Source of the DNA: Rhizophagus irregularis
Lineage: Eukaryota
Direction: 5' to 3'
DNA: 64,000 nt
Assembly (NCBI RefSeq): GCF_026210795.1
Contig: NC_089430.1
Location: forward strand, 434,001-498,000
The notes below the pieces were generated by a model. That model did no database searches. It was not told where the DNA came from and worked only from the letters and a program-made list of their open reading frames with translations. The position numbers and the translations under genes are program-made. Positions 27,324-40,650 of the stretch are shown in pieces; position 1 is the stretch's first letter; every line of letters starts with the position of its first letter.

Positions 27324-29181
27324 TTATTCATCATCATCTTGCTTAAGATCTATTTTTTTTTTAAAAAAAAAATAATAATTAAATTAAATTAATAATTTCA
27401 TATGTTTAATAAACAGATATCTTACCCAATTCATCTAATTCACAATCCAAACATTCAGAAACTATTAATAAAATGAAAATAAATATTATTATATAATAAT
27501 CACGATAATCATTAATAATGCAAATATATACTTACTTGGATTTGCTGATGATGATGAAATAGTTTCTATTAAAAAAATAAAAAAATCAATAAAATATATT
27601 TTCATATTAATTTATAAAACGTATATTTACCTTGAACTGAAGATAAATAATCGGTTGAATTAACTGGTTCTGGAAGATTTTGAAAATTTAAAAGTCTGCT
27701 AGTATAAATTGCTTGTGGGTGTGTTTGAAGATTTTTAGATTTATTTTCATTTGTTCTGTTTTTTAATTTATTCTCTTTAATTTTTTCACATTCTTTTATT
27801 TGAGAATAAATTTCGTCACTTTCGTCATCAATGCCATCATAAAAATATTTATAAAATATTTGACGTAATTCTTTAGCAGTTGGTCTATTTTCTGCTTTAG
27901 CATCCCAACATTTAATAATCAAATCTACAATTAATTTTGGTGTATCTTCAGAAATTTTTGGTCTAAATCCTTTACATATTTTAACAACCAAAAAATGATC
28001 ATGAGGAATATCATTATGAGGAATTTCTTCTGACATAAGTTCATTCATTATTATTCCAAATGAGTAAATATCTGATGCTTTTGTATATTGATATCCACGT
28101 AAAACTTCGGGTGCCATATATGGTATTACTCCATAAATTCCTTTTCGTTCATTATCATTTACTGGTTGACACATTCCCAAATCACTAATTGATAGTATTT
28201 CATCATCATTATATTGTAATATATTGCCCGAATGAAAATCTTTATGAATATTTCCAGCATCATGAATACCTGATAGTCCATCTATAATATAAAATAAATA
28301 ATCTATTTTGGTTTTATAATCTGAACCTTTCGTTAAAATATTTCTCAAATTTCCACCCTCACAATATTTTAAAACCATCATATAATCTTTAGTATTTGGA
28401 TCTTGAGTTATTCCAAAACACATAACAGTAATAGAAAAATGAAAATGACCTGAAATATAATATTTAATCTAAATTCATTAAAAAGAGAAATTTTGTTAAT
28501 AAATTACGTATTAAAATACAAATATTAATAAGCAATATTTATTTTAATTACCTCATTAAAAAAATCATTACTTATATTATTAGATGAATTATTTAAACTT
28601 TTCAATGCAACTTTTCTTGAAGTTCGGATCCATTCTTGATTTTCAATATCCCAATGCCCAATTTTTCCTTCGGGCCAGTCAGCCGAATAAATTTTACTAA
28701 AACCACCTCTAGTAAGATAGGTAACATTTTCAAATTTTTCAAAAGGTATCCATTCAAGACATTTTGTGCAAAAAAAAGCATTAAGTTGTGATTGTTGTAT
28801 AAATTCATCAATATTATTATTTCCACTAGTCCAATTGTTAAAATTTTCCTTTAATCTTTTAGCATTACAAGGTTGGCACCAATATAATCCTGTACCTGGT
28901 TCATTACATTCTCCACATACTCCGTATGCTTCTTTTCTTTTTTCTAAATCCATAATATTTACTCTTTTAAGAATGGAACCAGTTTCATCTGATTCAGTAG
29001 TTGAATCAGTTGAAAAAATTGTAGCGTGGAGCTATCAAAATGAAAGATTAAAAAATTTTAATAAATATCTATATTGTTTATTATATTATAATATTTTTAC
29101 CTGATATTCACCATCGCATTCTTTCCATAAATTTTTAACATCAGTTTTAGTTGTATCTGAATTTTGTTTTGAAGTATCCAT
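27324..29181 (-). CDS. TKL protein kinase (non-RD: HKDFHSGN), multi-exon
   Basis: MDTSKQN.../LHATIFST...MDLEKRKEAYGVCGEC...LTRGGFS..VALK/...DLG..YMAPE/ micro-exons ending ISECLDCELDEL/DLKQDDDE*. Confidence 0.9.
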
Positions 29182-30289
29182 TTTATTAATATTTTCTAAG
29201 TAAAAATATAACACTTACTTATAATTTAGTGAAAATACTCAATTGAAAAAAAAATTATTTTTCAAAAAAAATGTAAAAAAAAAAAAAATCGAATGTTACG
29301 TTAAAATCTAATTTGTCATTAAATGCAGATCTTCCCTAATTGATATTACATAATGACCTTAATTTAGAATTTTTGTGTTAATGTTATGACCTCATGACTA
29401 AGGGTTTCTTCATTTAAAATAAGATTCGGATTTTAAAGTTTCAGAAAAAAAAAAAATTTTTTATCTGGTTTATTTTAATTTTCCTTTTATAATAATACAA
29501 ATAAACATATCTGATATGTAAATGATGAAATTTTCCTTTTTTAGGTAGAACTTATATCCTGATAAAATTAACTTTTTTACTTCATTGATAAAAAAAAAAT
29601 ATATTTAATAGTGTAATATACCTTAATGGCTTAATCTTTTGATACTGTAAGCAGTGATAACTATTTTTTATTTCTTGTGTTTGGAGAAAAATGAAAAATT
29701 AATTACAGCGGTTTTCAAAATTATGCCGATCATGTGTTGATCAATTCTAAGCCACATCAACTTCGTTTCTTACAATAAAATTTTAATATTTTTTTTGTCA
29801 AATTTATTTTGATATTTGGATAAATAGACACTTTATTAGACATATTTAATAAGTGCACAAAGTTTTTATCCGTTATTATATCCTTTAAGAGTTTAAATCT
29901 CAACTTTTTTTAAAGTTTTTAAGGTTCACAATAAATCATAAAATCATAAATAGGAATCATAGTGAAATTTTCAAAAGTTTGCTCTTTTTCCTATTTTAGA
30001 AGTGATATAATGGATATTTGAAAATGTTTACTGCATATTCTAAAAATAATTATTGAGTTAGGATAAGTCTCATTGTATAAAATAATAGCAGATGATAGTG
30101 TATAATTAATTAATTATGAGTTTATTTATTTTGTTAGTTGTGAAATTGTCTAGAAATTAGTACATTTTTTATTAGCGTTAGATATTGTATGACAAACTTT
30201 TGGGAAACTAATGAAAACCATGTTAAATAACTTAGGTAACTAATTAATTGATATAAGTTAATCGTATTTTATATTAAGAAATTTTTACT

Positions 30290-30380
30290 TATCACTTCTT
30301 TTTGTCTCCTATCAATCCTTTTCGTCTCCCATCACTCCTCTTTATCTTCTCATCATTTCTTTTCATCTCCCATCATTTGA
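30290..30380. repeat. Degenerate ~21-bp tandem repeat (ctcccatcactccttttcgt-like x4)
   Basis: Visible periodic catca(c/t)tt/ctcc units. Confidence 0.5.
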
Positions 30381-30584
30381 AAAAAAAAAATTCTAAAAAA
30401 TGGTTTCATTTGAAAATATTTGTCATTTGAAAAAAGAAAAAAAAAAAAATTTCAAATAAAAATTTCGCACAAAAAACTATTTTATAAAAAATTCGTAACT
30501 GTATTTATTTAATAATACATAATTCTATAGGTGACATTCAAGAAATTTATGCCGCAGTAACGATCTAGACTTTATAATTGACTT

Positions 30585-30810
30585 TATCTTCTATTACCTA
30601 ATAAATTCAAGAAACTGGTATCAAGATAATATTCTTTAAGTATATTTTCAATGCTTTGAACACGTTCTTCTAAAGTAACATTTCTGGTCCTTCCGCTAAT
30701 GAATGGAATTGGTTCATAGTATTTAGTTTGAATTTTCTTTATAAGTCGTCTTTGATATCTTGTACATAAACAATTAAAATATTAAATGCATGTGTTTGCA
30801 AAAATCCCTT
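30585..30810 (-). pseudogene. 3' remnant of a gene, probably from an AMF-expanded membrane-protein family
   Basis: GFLQTHAFN (frameshift) FNCLCTRYQRRLIKKIQTKYYEPIPFISGRTRNVTLEERVQSIENILKEYYLDTSFLNLLGNRR*. Coding-like and ATG-less; family assignment from memory only. Confidence 0.45.
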
Positions 30811-31604
30811 ATCGAAAGGAATAAATTTTAATTTACAAATAAATAATTTTTAATAAAGAAAATAATATTGTTTTATTCGAAGTACATTATCACTAACATC
30901 TGTATAAAAAAAAATAAAATTATTTTACATTATCAAATAAACTGACGATCAGGAGCTGCGGCGTAAAGGTTAAAATAAAATAAAAACCATACCACTATAT
31001 TATTTATATTATTTATAATATACAAATCACGTCTCATAGACTCATGCAAACAACCAGATTTAACTTTATAAATCTTATAAGCGGACCTTCAAAATTTTAT
31101 GCATGATCCAATATATCGAGCTTCAAGCAAGCTTATTTTTCATCACATGATGATCACATGATCAATAATATCAATAACCATGAGTCATCTTTTTACTATT
31201 GATTTGTTTGATCATGACGCGATTATTGATTCTGGCTATAGCAAACTCACAAACTCCATGGGAAAAAAAATTTTTTGTATGACAATTTTTTTTATATAAA
31301 GTACCTCTCCATCCGAAAAATTTTTTTAAAAAAATATCCTTCTCTTCTCCTAAAAAAACTCGAACAAAAACTTTTTTTTTCACATAGTAACCCATCTTCT
31401 TCATGGTTTCCTTATCCTTTTTGGCGTTTCAAAACTACGTGGAGGATATTTTTCAAAAAGTTTCTTTTAAAAATTATTTTAATTTTTATTATTTTTAACT
31501 TTATTTTGTTTATATATAAGAAACCTCACTCACACACTTTAGTGCGGTAGTAACTTATCTTCTTCGTAGTTTTCTTATTTTTTTTGGCGTTTCAAACACT
31601 TTTA

Positions 31605-33745
31605 TTGGATCTCCTTTTAGGCCCTTTTCTTTACGTCTCTCTTTAGGTATGTGGGTAGTGCGAGAGTATGGGTTTGTGTGCGGGTTTGTGTATGTGGTTT
31701 TTCATTTTATTTTTATTTCGTCATCTTTTTTTTTTAGGTTTATCTTCTCTCTGTCTAGGTCTTCTCTTTATTAGATTTTCTTTTAGGTCCTTTTCCTTTA
31801 CGTCTCTCTTTAGGTATGTGGGTAGTGTGGTTGGGAGTGCGGGTGGGTGTGGGAGTGTGGGTGTGGGAGTGTGGGTTGGGAGTGCGGGTGGGAGTGTGGG
31901 AGTGTGGGAGTGTGGGAGTGTGGGTTGGGAGTGTGGGAGGAGTGTGAGAGTGTGGGTTGTGTGTGGGTTTGTGTATGGGGTGTTTCATTTTATTTTTTTT
32001 TCGTCATCTTTTTTTTAGGTTTATCTTCTCTCTGTCCAGGTCTTCCCTTCATTAGATCTCCTTTTTAGGCCTTTATTCTTTCCACCTCTCTTTAGGTATG
32101 TGGGTAGTGTGGGTTGGGAGTGCGGGTGGGAGTGTGGGAGTGTGGGTTGGGAGTGCGGGTGGGTGTGGGAGTGTGGGAGTGTGGGTTGGGAGTGCGGGTG
32201 GGAGTGTGGGAGTGTGGGTTGGGAGTGTGGGTTGGGAGTGCGGGTGGGTGTGGGAGTGCGGGTTGGGAGTGTGGGTTGGGAGTGTAGAAGTGTGGGTTGG
32301 GAGTGCGGCCCTATAAGAAATATGTATACGGAAAGGATACGTTTTGTATACATTTTATGCACGTTTCTATAGATTCCGTATACAAATTCCGTGTATTTAA
32401 TAAGCAATTCATTTTTGAACATCTTTTAAAAAAACTAATGTATACAAAATGTATACGGAAAAAATTAATCATGCGGAATTTTTAAACTTAATATTTTTAG
32501 AAAATAATTTTACAAAAATCTCGTATCATAACACGAGATCACGTGATTGTTTATTGTTTTGTTATGATACGTTTATTTTTTTTTTTTTTGTGCCTCTTTT
32601 AAAAAAAATTTTTTTTTCATCACTCTTCTTTAAAAAAAATTTTTTTTTGATTTTATTCTTTTATTCCCACTCTTCTTTTTTTAAAAAAATTTTCTTCTTT
32701 ATATTTCTATTTCCTCTTTATAAAAAATTTTTTATTTTTCTAACTTTGACGTCCTCTTTTTAAAAAAAAAATTTTTTTAACTTTCCTAACTTCATTACCC
32801 CTCTTTAAATTTTTTTTTTTTTGATCTATTCTTTATTCCCTTTTCTTTTTTATTTATATTTATCCCTTTTTTTATTTCATAGGCCAGCAGATTTTTTTTT
32901 GTGAGAGGATTCAGTTTCTTTTTTCTTTTTTGTAGATCAGTTTGAGAGTCCTTTAGGTTGTTTCAGTTTTATTGCTTCAGAGTCTTCTTTTTTTGTAGGT
33001 CAGTATTGGATTTATTTTGTTGTTTTGGTTTCTTTTTTATCAGATGCTTCATAATTCTTTTCTTTTATGTAGGTCAGACATTCTGGAGTTCTCTTTCTTT
33101 TTTTGTAGGAATGCTGGCCTTTGGTGACTTGGACGATTGCAGATACTATATGAAGGGGGGGTTTGTTTCCAATTAAGTTAGACATTCTTATGTTTCTTTT
33201 TTTTGTTTTTTAGGTTGTTTGACTCCAAATGAACCTGAACTTACAGATAATTTTGGTTGCAATAGGGTGGTTTTAATAAAGAGGGAATTTTCATAATATA
33301 TTTGTATTTTGTTTATTTTTTATTTTTTATTTAATTTAATAAAGTAAAATTAGATTTATGTAAATACAATTATAGTAAGCTGTAATTAGTAAATTTAGTG
33401 ACCAAATCGTATAAATTTCGTGATAAAATCAGTGATCAAATCATGTAAATTCCATATGAATTCCGTGCAAATTCCGTATCCAAACCATATTTTTAGTGAT
33501 ACGGAATTGTGCATTTTTCCGTATCCTATTATGATACGTTATTTCTAAGGAAAAAAATCGTATAAAAACTTTATAAAAAACGTATCCAATTTTTTATAGG
33601 GCGGGTTGGTGTGGGTCTGTGGGAGTGTGGGTTGAGTATGTAGTGTTTCATTTTATTTTTTTTTCGTCATCTTTTTTTTTAGGTTTATCTTCTCTCTGTC
33701 TAGGTCTTCTAGGTCTTTTTCTTTTAGGCCCCTTTCTTTGCGTCT
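31605..33745. repeat. Compound repeat: conserved T-rich ~120-bp block alternating with G-rich GGGAGTGT/GGGTT/GGGAGTGC arrays
   Basis: Block tttcattttatttt..cgtcatctttttt..aggtttatcttctctctgtc at ~31700, ~31983 and ~33646. G-rich arrays of variable length, notably 31820-31980 and 32100-32308. Confidence 0.85.
32309..33601. mobile_element. Non-autonomous TIR DNA transposon, CMC/CACTA-like (CCC termini, 3-bp TSD CGG)
   Basis: CGG|ccctataagaaatatgtatacg ... cgtatccaattttttataggg|CGG. Removing it restores the satellite unit GAGTGCGGGTTGG. Subterminal ccgta/tacgg motifs; no transposase ORF. Confidence 0.85.
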
Positions 33746-36670
33746 TCCTTTCATACAAATTCTGTATTGCCCGGTACCTTATATTACAGATCCACAAGAT
33801 AAGCATAAATCGATTTATAATATTTTTTCTTTCTTGAACATAAACTCTGACGGTATTTTTTAGTTTATAAGCACATATAATTAATTTCACTATTTTATCA
33901 CCTTTTTTTTTTGCTTTATCGACATAAAAATTTTATGTTTAAATAATTGATTTTATGAATTTTGAAAAATAATAATATGTTTTAATACTTTTAAATTTTT
34001 AATTGAACGTCAAATTTTGTAATTACAATTTATTAATTAATAAATTTTTTGGATGAAATTGGGACTTTGAAAATCTTTTGACAAATGTTTTCACTAAAAA
34101 AAAATCAATCATTATAATTTAATTCCGCAAAATCTTCTCTTACATGGCAGGACTATGATAAGGATCCTCAAAAATGTCATTGAAATTGCCAAATATTAAA
34201 TACAATCGCAATACGCATACTTTATCGGAGGTTGGAGGAAAGTATGTTAAGTGAGGTGGTTAGTATCTGATTGGTGGTCCCTAATAAGGGCGACGTTAAA
34301 TCTTATTCGTTTTCTTGATAGACTATTTATAAATTTCCTTTTGCTAATTAATCGTTACAGTGACCCGTGTTACAAATTTTGGTTATTGTACATGTCATCA
34401 TTACATCATTAGTGCTCTTTAATTTTATAGGTATTCCAAGTCAAATTCAGGTCAATATGATTGATAAGTCAATAATTTCATTATATTTTTAATTTTATCT
34501 ATTGCTTCTGAAAGTGTATATTAATAAAATTGCTAGTTACATAAATAAATTAATTTGTATAGTCCGAATTGTAAATAATTTCTGCAATATTATGAATATA
34601 ACTCAATATTTTGAGTAATAATTTCGTTCTAAAATCAAATTAAATAAACTTAGTAAAATGTAAATTAAACAATTAATCAAAAAATATTTTGTATAATTTA
34701 ATTATATTTAGTCGTATCATTTTCTACATAAATACATTATCCCTCAAGTACTTTCTGGATTCAATTACATTCAATAACGAAATACAATGTACACGTCTCC
34801 ATCAAGTCGATCGTTCTATTAAATATGATATTTTTACGAAGAAAACTTTTTTTTTTTTTGCATTAAAACCATTTTTTTAAATAAAAAAGTATGAATAAAT
34901 TTCTCTCTTTTTTTTTAATACGGTAAAAGCTGGGTTTTTTTTTCGTAATACACAGTATGTAAAAAATAAGAGTTGGCGCATTTGGAGTTAAAGCTGTTAT
35001 ATGTTCTGTATGTGCATTAAAGTCAACGTTCTCCACCCACAAGACCATATGCATAAATATCAACCATGTCTTTGCTAATTGTCAGAGGAAGTGATTGCGG
35101 ATAATTATTTTAGTGAAATCAAAAATTGGGAATAACAGATAATTATTTAGAGATTACGTTGACCAAGTATTAGAAGTTTATAAAAAAAGAGGTTTATAAT
35201 TTCAAAGTTTTATTAGAGTAATTTTTCAGGTCTGTGGACCTCATTAATAATTAACTGAAGTTTCCATTGTAGTTTTACCGTGTGAAAACGAGTTAATTTA
35301 TTATTTTGATCCATTAATCTGTTATTTGATTTAAACGAATCTCCATCAGCGTAACCATAGTAATTATTCCCTCGGTTCTCAATTTACCCATTCGCTAATT
35401 ATTTATCCATTATACTTACGTTATTTCTCTAGGATAAATATTATCTTTGCATTGCATTTTTGCATATTCATGTGATTACTGCATTTTAATACTTTATTAA
35501 ATTTAAATTTTACATTCTAGAACTCGCTAAAAGATTATGAAATTATAGGACATTTACTGGCAATTAGACTAGTAATTTTAGATAATCGTTATATCTACTC
35601 ATGTATTGCCATTAGACTTTAAATTAAGCTATTTCTTGATTGATTGAAAAAATTTATTAAAATGAATATATTCATTTATTATGTTCCTTTAAAGTAATTA
35701 ATTAAACTCGTGTAAAAATTTACGAAGCTCACCTCGGACTTTCTAATGGTTCACATCAACTAGCATAGCAGACATTAAAATCTTTAGGGTAAGTCCGATC
35801 TATCATAATTTATAAAGGCTATTTCATTATCTTGAAATGTGATGTAACTAATATTCAAATCACATAAGATAGAAAGATAAATAAATAACATCAATATCTT
35901 GTTCTAATAATAGATATTTTGACTTCCAGTTTTTTTTTTTTTTTTTGAGGGATTATAAAGCCAAATATCCTCATAAAATATTACTAGTGCAATTTACAAA
36001 GTTAAAATTTGTTTGTTTTTCACTTTAGACAGTATTTCATTTTATAAGAGAAAAATTTATTTTGGCTAATAGTTTATAAATATAAAAGGGATCATTTAAA
36101 ATTTAAATTACAAACTAAGTAAATTGTAAACATATTTTACTATTCAAATCTTAATGATTAAATAATTCTTAATAAAACAAAAAAAAAAGAGAATACATAA
36201 ATTTAAATTGGGTTAGTACGTCTAAAATATTTAATCTAACCATTTATAGTTTATACTACATCTGTGATAATGAGAATTTTTGATGATGTAATTTATAGTG
36301 AATGATTAATTATACGATAATTGACGTGATGTCTGTTATTTAAGATGTGGGTTACGCTTCATTCTCATTACTTTGGTAAATATTTAATTTGATTACATAA
36401 TTAATAGTTACTAAAAACTTAATAATTTATATAAAATTGAATAATTTATTAAATGAATTATTTAAAATTACAAACTAAGAATAACTTACTACTCTAGTCT
36501 TAGTGTTTTAAATAATTCAAAAAAAATAAAAAAAAGTATAAAGAATACTTTAAATATCAATCATAAAAATTTATATAATTCGTATCCAAATATCTAAAAA
36601 ATTGAAAAATCAACAAATTAGATTTAATGATAAATAATATCTAAATATCATCATTTAGAAAATTTTCTTT

Positions 36671-38848
36671 ACCATCAGGATTCAGGAATTTCTAATTCGT
36701 CTTGTTCTTCTGAATGGAGATTTGGATTATTATGTACTTCATCTTCATCTTATAAAATAAGGACATAAAATCATTATTATCAGTAATATTACTCCAGTTA
36801 TACAAAAGCTAACTTCACATACCATCAATATAAGAATGATGTTTCATTGTCTCATTGTTATTATTATGAAAATCTATATGAATAAATAAATAAATCATAT
36901 TTAACAAAATGCCATTGATCAATTTAGTACATTATATTGATTATTTTACTCGCCATTTTTGACTTGTAGTTTCTCAAATTTTTCGTATAATTGACTATCA
37001 ACATTATTAACTACAAAAATTTTTTAGATATATATTTAATATTCATTATACATAGTTATTTTAAATATGTAAAAAATATACTAATAATTACCTTTAAAAA
37101 TACTGCTTATTTTTTTTGACATACTGTTATTCTTACTACTACTTGGTTTGGCAAAATCATTAACTAAAAAAGCATAAATAAAATTAATTAAAAAGCTCTA
37201 CTATAAAAAATTTATTACAAATACAAATTTGATAAATACTTACTGCTATCAGGGATATAAAAATCATCATATGATTTGCTGTGAAATGCTAAAAATTTAT
37301 ACCTTCTTGTTCTTCTGTTGTTTTTAAATAAAAATAAAAATAAAATATATTATATTAATTATTAGTAATTGAATTAGTATCCAATATGTAATAATATACC
37401 TTCCGTAGCATTTCTTGGTTCAGGTAAATTTTCAAAATTATGAAGTTTGCTACTTGTAAATAATATGCTGCTTGTTTCTTTTGATTCTTCTAAGCTATCT
37501 GTTTTATTTATTTCTAAATTGTTATTTTCTTCTAATTCATTTAGCATATTCAGATATTTTATATTTATTTATTTATTTTTTTCCAAAATGTTGTAATATC
37601 AGGTCTTTTTAATGGATCAGCATCCCAACATTGTTTCATTAAATTTTTGTATTCTAAAGGAGTTCCTGATACTATTCTTGGTCTTATACCATTAATTATA
37701 TTCATTGCAAGATAATAATCATGTTCATAATTATTAAAAGGTGGTTTTCCAGATGAAATTTCCCACAATAAGCATTGCAATACTGTAAATATCAGATTTA
37801 AAAGTATATTCTTTTCCAGAAATAACCTCAGGTGCTATATAAGGAAGATTTCCATATATACTTTTTGATGATTTGTCTGCAGGACCACAAAATCCAAGAT
37901 CACTAATAACAAATTTTTGATTAATTTCTTTGAATAATATATTACCAGAATGTAAATCTCTATGAATTGCATTTTCATCATGAATATCTTTGAGTGCAGT
38001 AGTTAGTATGTTATAAGCAAATTGTATTTTTCTTTTCCATGTAAGTTGATTATAGTTTCGCTGTAAATATTCTCTTAAATTCAAATCTGCTATATTCATT
38101 ACAAGCATGTAATTTCCATTTGATGGATCTTGCGTTAAGCCAAAACATTGGACAATATTTGGATGTTTATTGCTTATAGTAAAATGTGAATTTGCCTAAA
38201 AAAAAAAGAACATTAGTTAATTTATCACTAATAAGATAATTATCAATTACTGATTCATTAGGTTACAAACCTCTTCAAACCAACTTTGATCTGCACTTTC
38301 AACATTTTCTAATCTTTTAAGTGCTACATTTTGATTTTCAAATCTTGTTAATTGCTGCTTCATAGTATCCCATTCATCATATCTTCCATCATCCCAAACT
38401 GCTGTGTAAATTTCTGAGAATCCACCTTTTGTTAGATATTTAATATTTTGCAAATTATCATATGGAATCCATTCAACTATTTTTTCTGGTTCAATTGTTT
38501 CCATTTGACATTTTTGTATTAAATTATCAATATCATTATTTCCAGATGTCCAATTTAAAAAATTTAATTTTAAATAATTTCGAACACAATATTCACAATA
38601 TGATATAGCTAAACATTCTTGGTTACAATTTTCACAAATTCTTCTTATCCCTTTATTAAAAAAAACTTTATTTTTATCAGTACTTTTTATTGCTTCATTT
38701 TTTTCATCATTGTGAAAGATTTATCAGCAAGAACCGTTTGTTGTATAAATTCATGTTGTTTGTCTATATCATTATGAATATTATAATCTATTAATGTAAT
38801 CGCTCTATTGATTGTCACATTAATTAACTCAACTCGTATAACAGACAT
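36671..38848 (-). pseudogene. TKL protein kinase with at least two 1-nt frameshifts; multi-exon acidic tail
   Basis: MSVIRVELIN...ADKSF (frameshift ~38710) ...CENC..CEYC..WTSGN..LTKGGFS..VALK/ HRDLHSGN, DLG, YIAPE, (frameshift ~37770, AML-WEISSG) ... NPNLHSEEQDELEIP. Confidence 0.8.
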
Positions 38849-40461
38849 AACAAAATATTACTTTTAATTTTGTTGGAAAGAAGGGTTTCAGAACGGAGTT
38901 TCGTCACTTTCGTGTACCGCCGCCTTTTGATCAACAAATTTGTATCACATGCTACAACAAACCTAATTCTATGTAGCACAGCATCATTAGGTTATAATTT
39001 TTGCATTACATGTATAATGTTCAAAATAAGTACAAAATTGGAAAATAAAATAAATTAGGTATTTTGTTTAACTTTTGAATTTAAACTTCAAATTATTTAT
39101 TATAATTTAGAATTGAAAGATTCTTCTATGATAAATACTGAATTTTGTCTATTTGTTACGACGTTTGTAAAAAAATTCTAGAATATAAATTGGAAAATTT
39201 ATCCATTCGATTTTTTTACAAAAAAAAGGAGTTCAACATTTTATAGATGTAGGTTTACTAAGTCACGTTTTTATGAGAAATTTGTCAATCATTCAGGATC
39301 ACGTGACATTTACCAAAAAATTCATATATACATTTTTTCGAATATAATATCTTCGTGCTTTTTTAATGATAAAATTTATTAAATTTATACAAAAATTATT
39401 CATAAAAGAAATGCCAAAATAAACAAATCTATTATTCAATTAAAATGTTTCAAGTTAATAACACTTTAAAAAATAGTAAAAAAAACATTAAGTTAAATAT
39501 GAGCGAGTAAAGGAAATTCCATTACTCTACTTATATATTAGAGTGGAATTTGTTCCTCCCTGGGTGAAGATCCGATATTCCTCACCCTCCAAGTCGTAAA
39601 TTATCAAAAATGTCAAAAATGGTATTTATAACCTTTCTTAAGGTATTAATTAAATTTGTCAAAATGACTTATAATTTACAATTTTAAAGGCTATACAAAG
39701 CTTATATTAAGTTTTATTTTTTTAAAAAAAAATTTCATCAAAATTATGTGAAAAATGATCGGTATGACGTCATTATATATATATTAAATTCCGGATGAGA
39801 AATAAATTATTAATGAAGTCCTAAACATTTTGATTATTTACAATTTAATTAAAAATTTATTATTGAAAACTTACATTGGATTTTTAAAAAAAGACTTAAT
39901 ATATTTATTGATTAAAATCCATTTATTTGATTTAAACATTAGGAAATGTCTTCAAACATTTAATAAAGAAATAATAATATATAAAAATTAATCAACAATA
40001 ATGTAACTTAGAAATAAATACTAAAAAATTATTTCTCAAAGTTTTTTTCTTTGATAATGAATTATTTAGCAAAATTAGTTCAAATTCTGATTGGTTTTAT
40101 ATCAAATATTTTTACTATCCATTTTTTACAAATTATGCAATTGTTCTTCAGTTGTATCTTTCTTCTTAATTATAATTATAATAATATTTTTTTTTAATGA
40201 ATAATAGCAAAATTGGTCAAATCTTAATTGGTTTGTAATAATTTTTTTTTTTTGCTATTGACTTTGTAAATAAATTATTAGAGTTTTTTACTCTCTACTT
40301 CTTAACCAAAATGAACCGTGTAGTATGTGATGTAGTCAAATCCACATATATCAGGCAATCGAAAGATGGATATTTGGATTAAGCAATGTCAATTTTGATG
40401 TTTTTAATTTAAAAATTTTTTCATTCTTAAAAAAAATCATATTAGCAAAAAAAAAAAAAGA

Positions 40462-40650
40462 TTTCAGCCAGACAGGTTAATGGTTTTTGATATATCAATC
40501 TATCTGGCTGAAAATAATTTTTTTATATCATTTTTTAAATTAGATAAGTATTTTTTTTCTTTAATATGATAAATAAACTAATTAATCAAAAGAAAAATTA
40601 AAAAGAAATTTTGCCAGACTGGTTGATGGTTTTTCCATCTGGCTAAAAAA
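40462..40650. repeat. Two related short palindromic units (gccaga..ggtt.atggtttt..tctggc)
   Basis: tttcagccaga...tctggctgaaa at 40462-40513 and ttttgccaga...tctggctaaaaa at ~40609-40650. Confidence 0.55.

Noticed and set aside
31668..32422. ORFs rich in WECG/VGVW or HSHT/PTLP
   Set aside because: Translations of the G-rich minisatellite, open in several frames on both strands; not genes
32449..33176. Phe-rich ORFs inside the TIR element
   Set aside because: Poly-T low complexity; no transposase motifs
31605..33745. Repeat/spacer pattern resembling CRISPR or telomere
   Set aside because: Blocks are ~120 bp, the 'spacers' are themselves satellite, there are no cas genes, the context is eukaryotic and the unit is not TTAGGG
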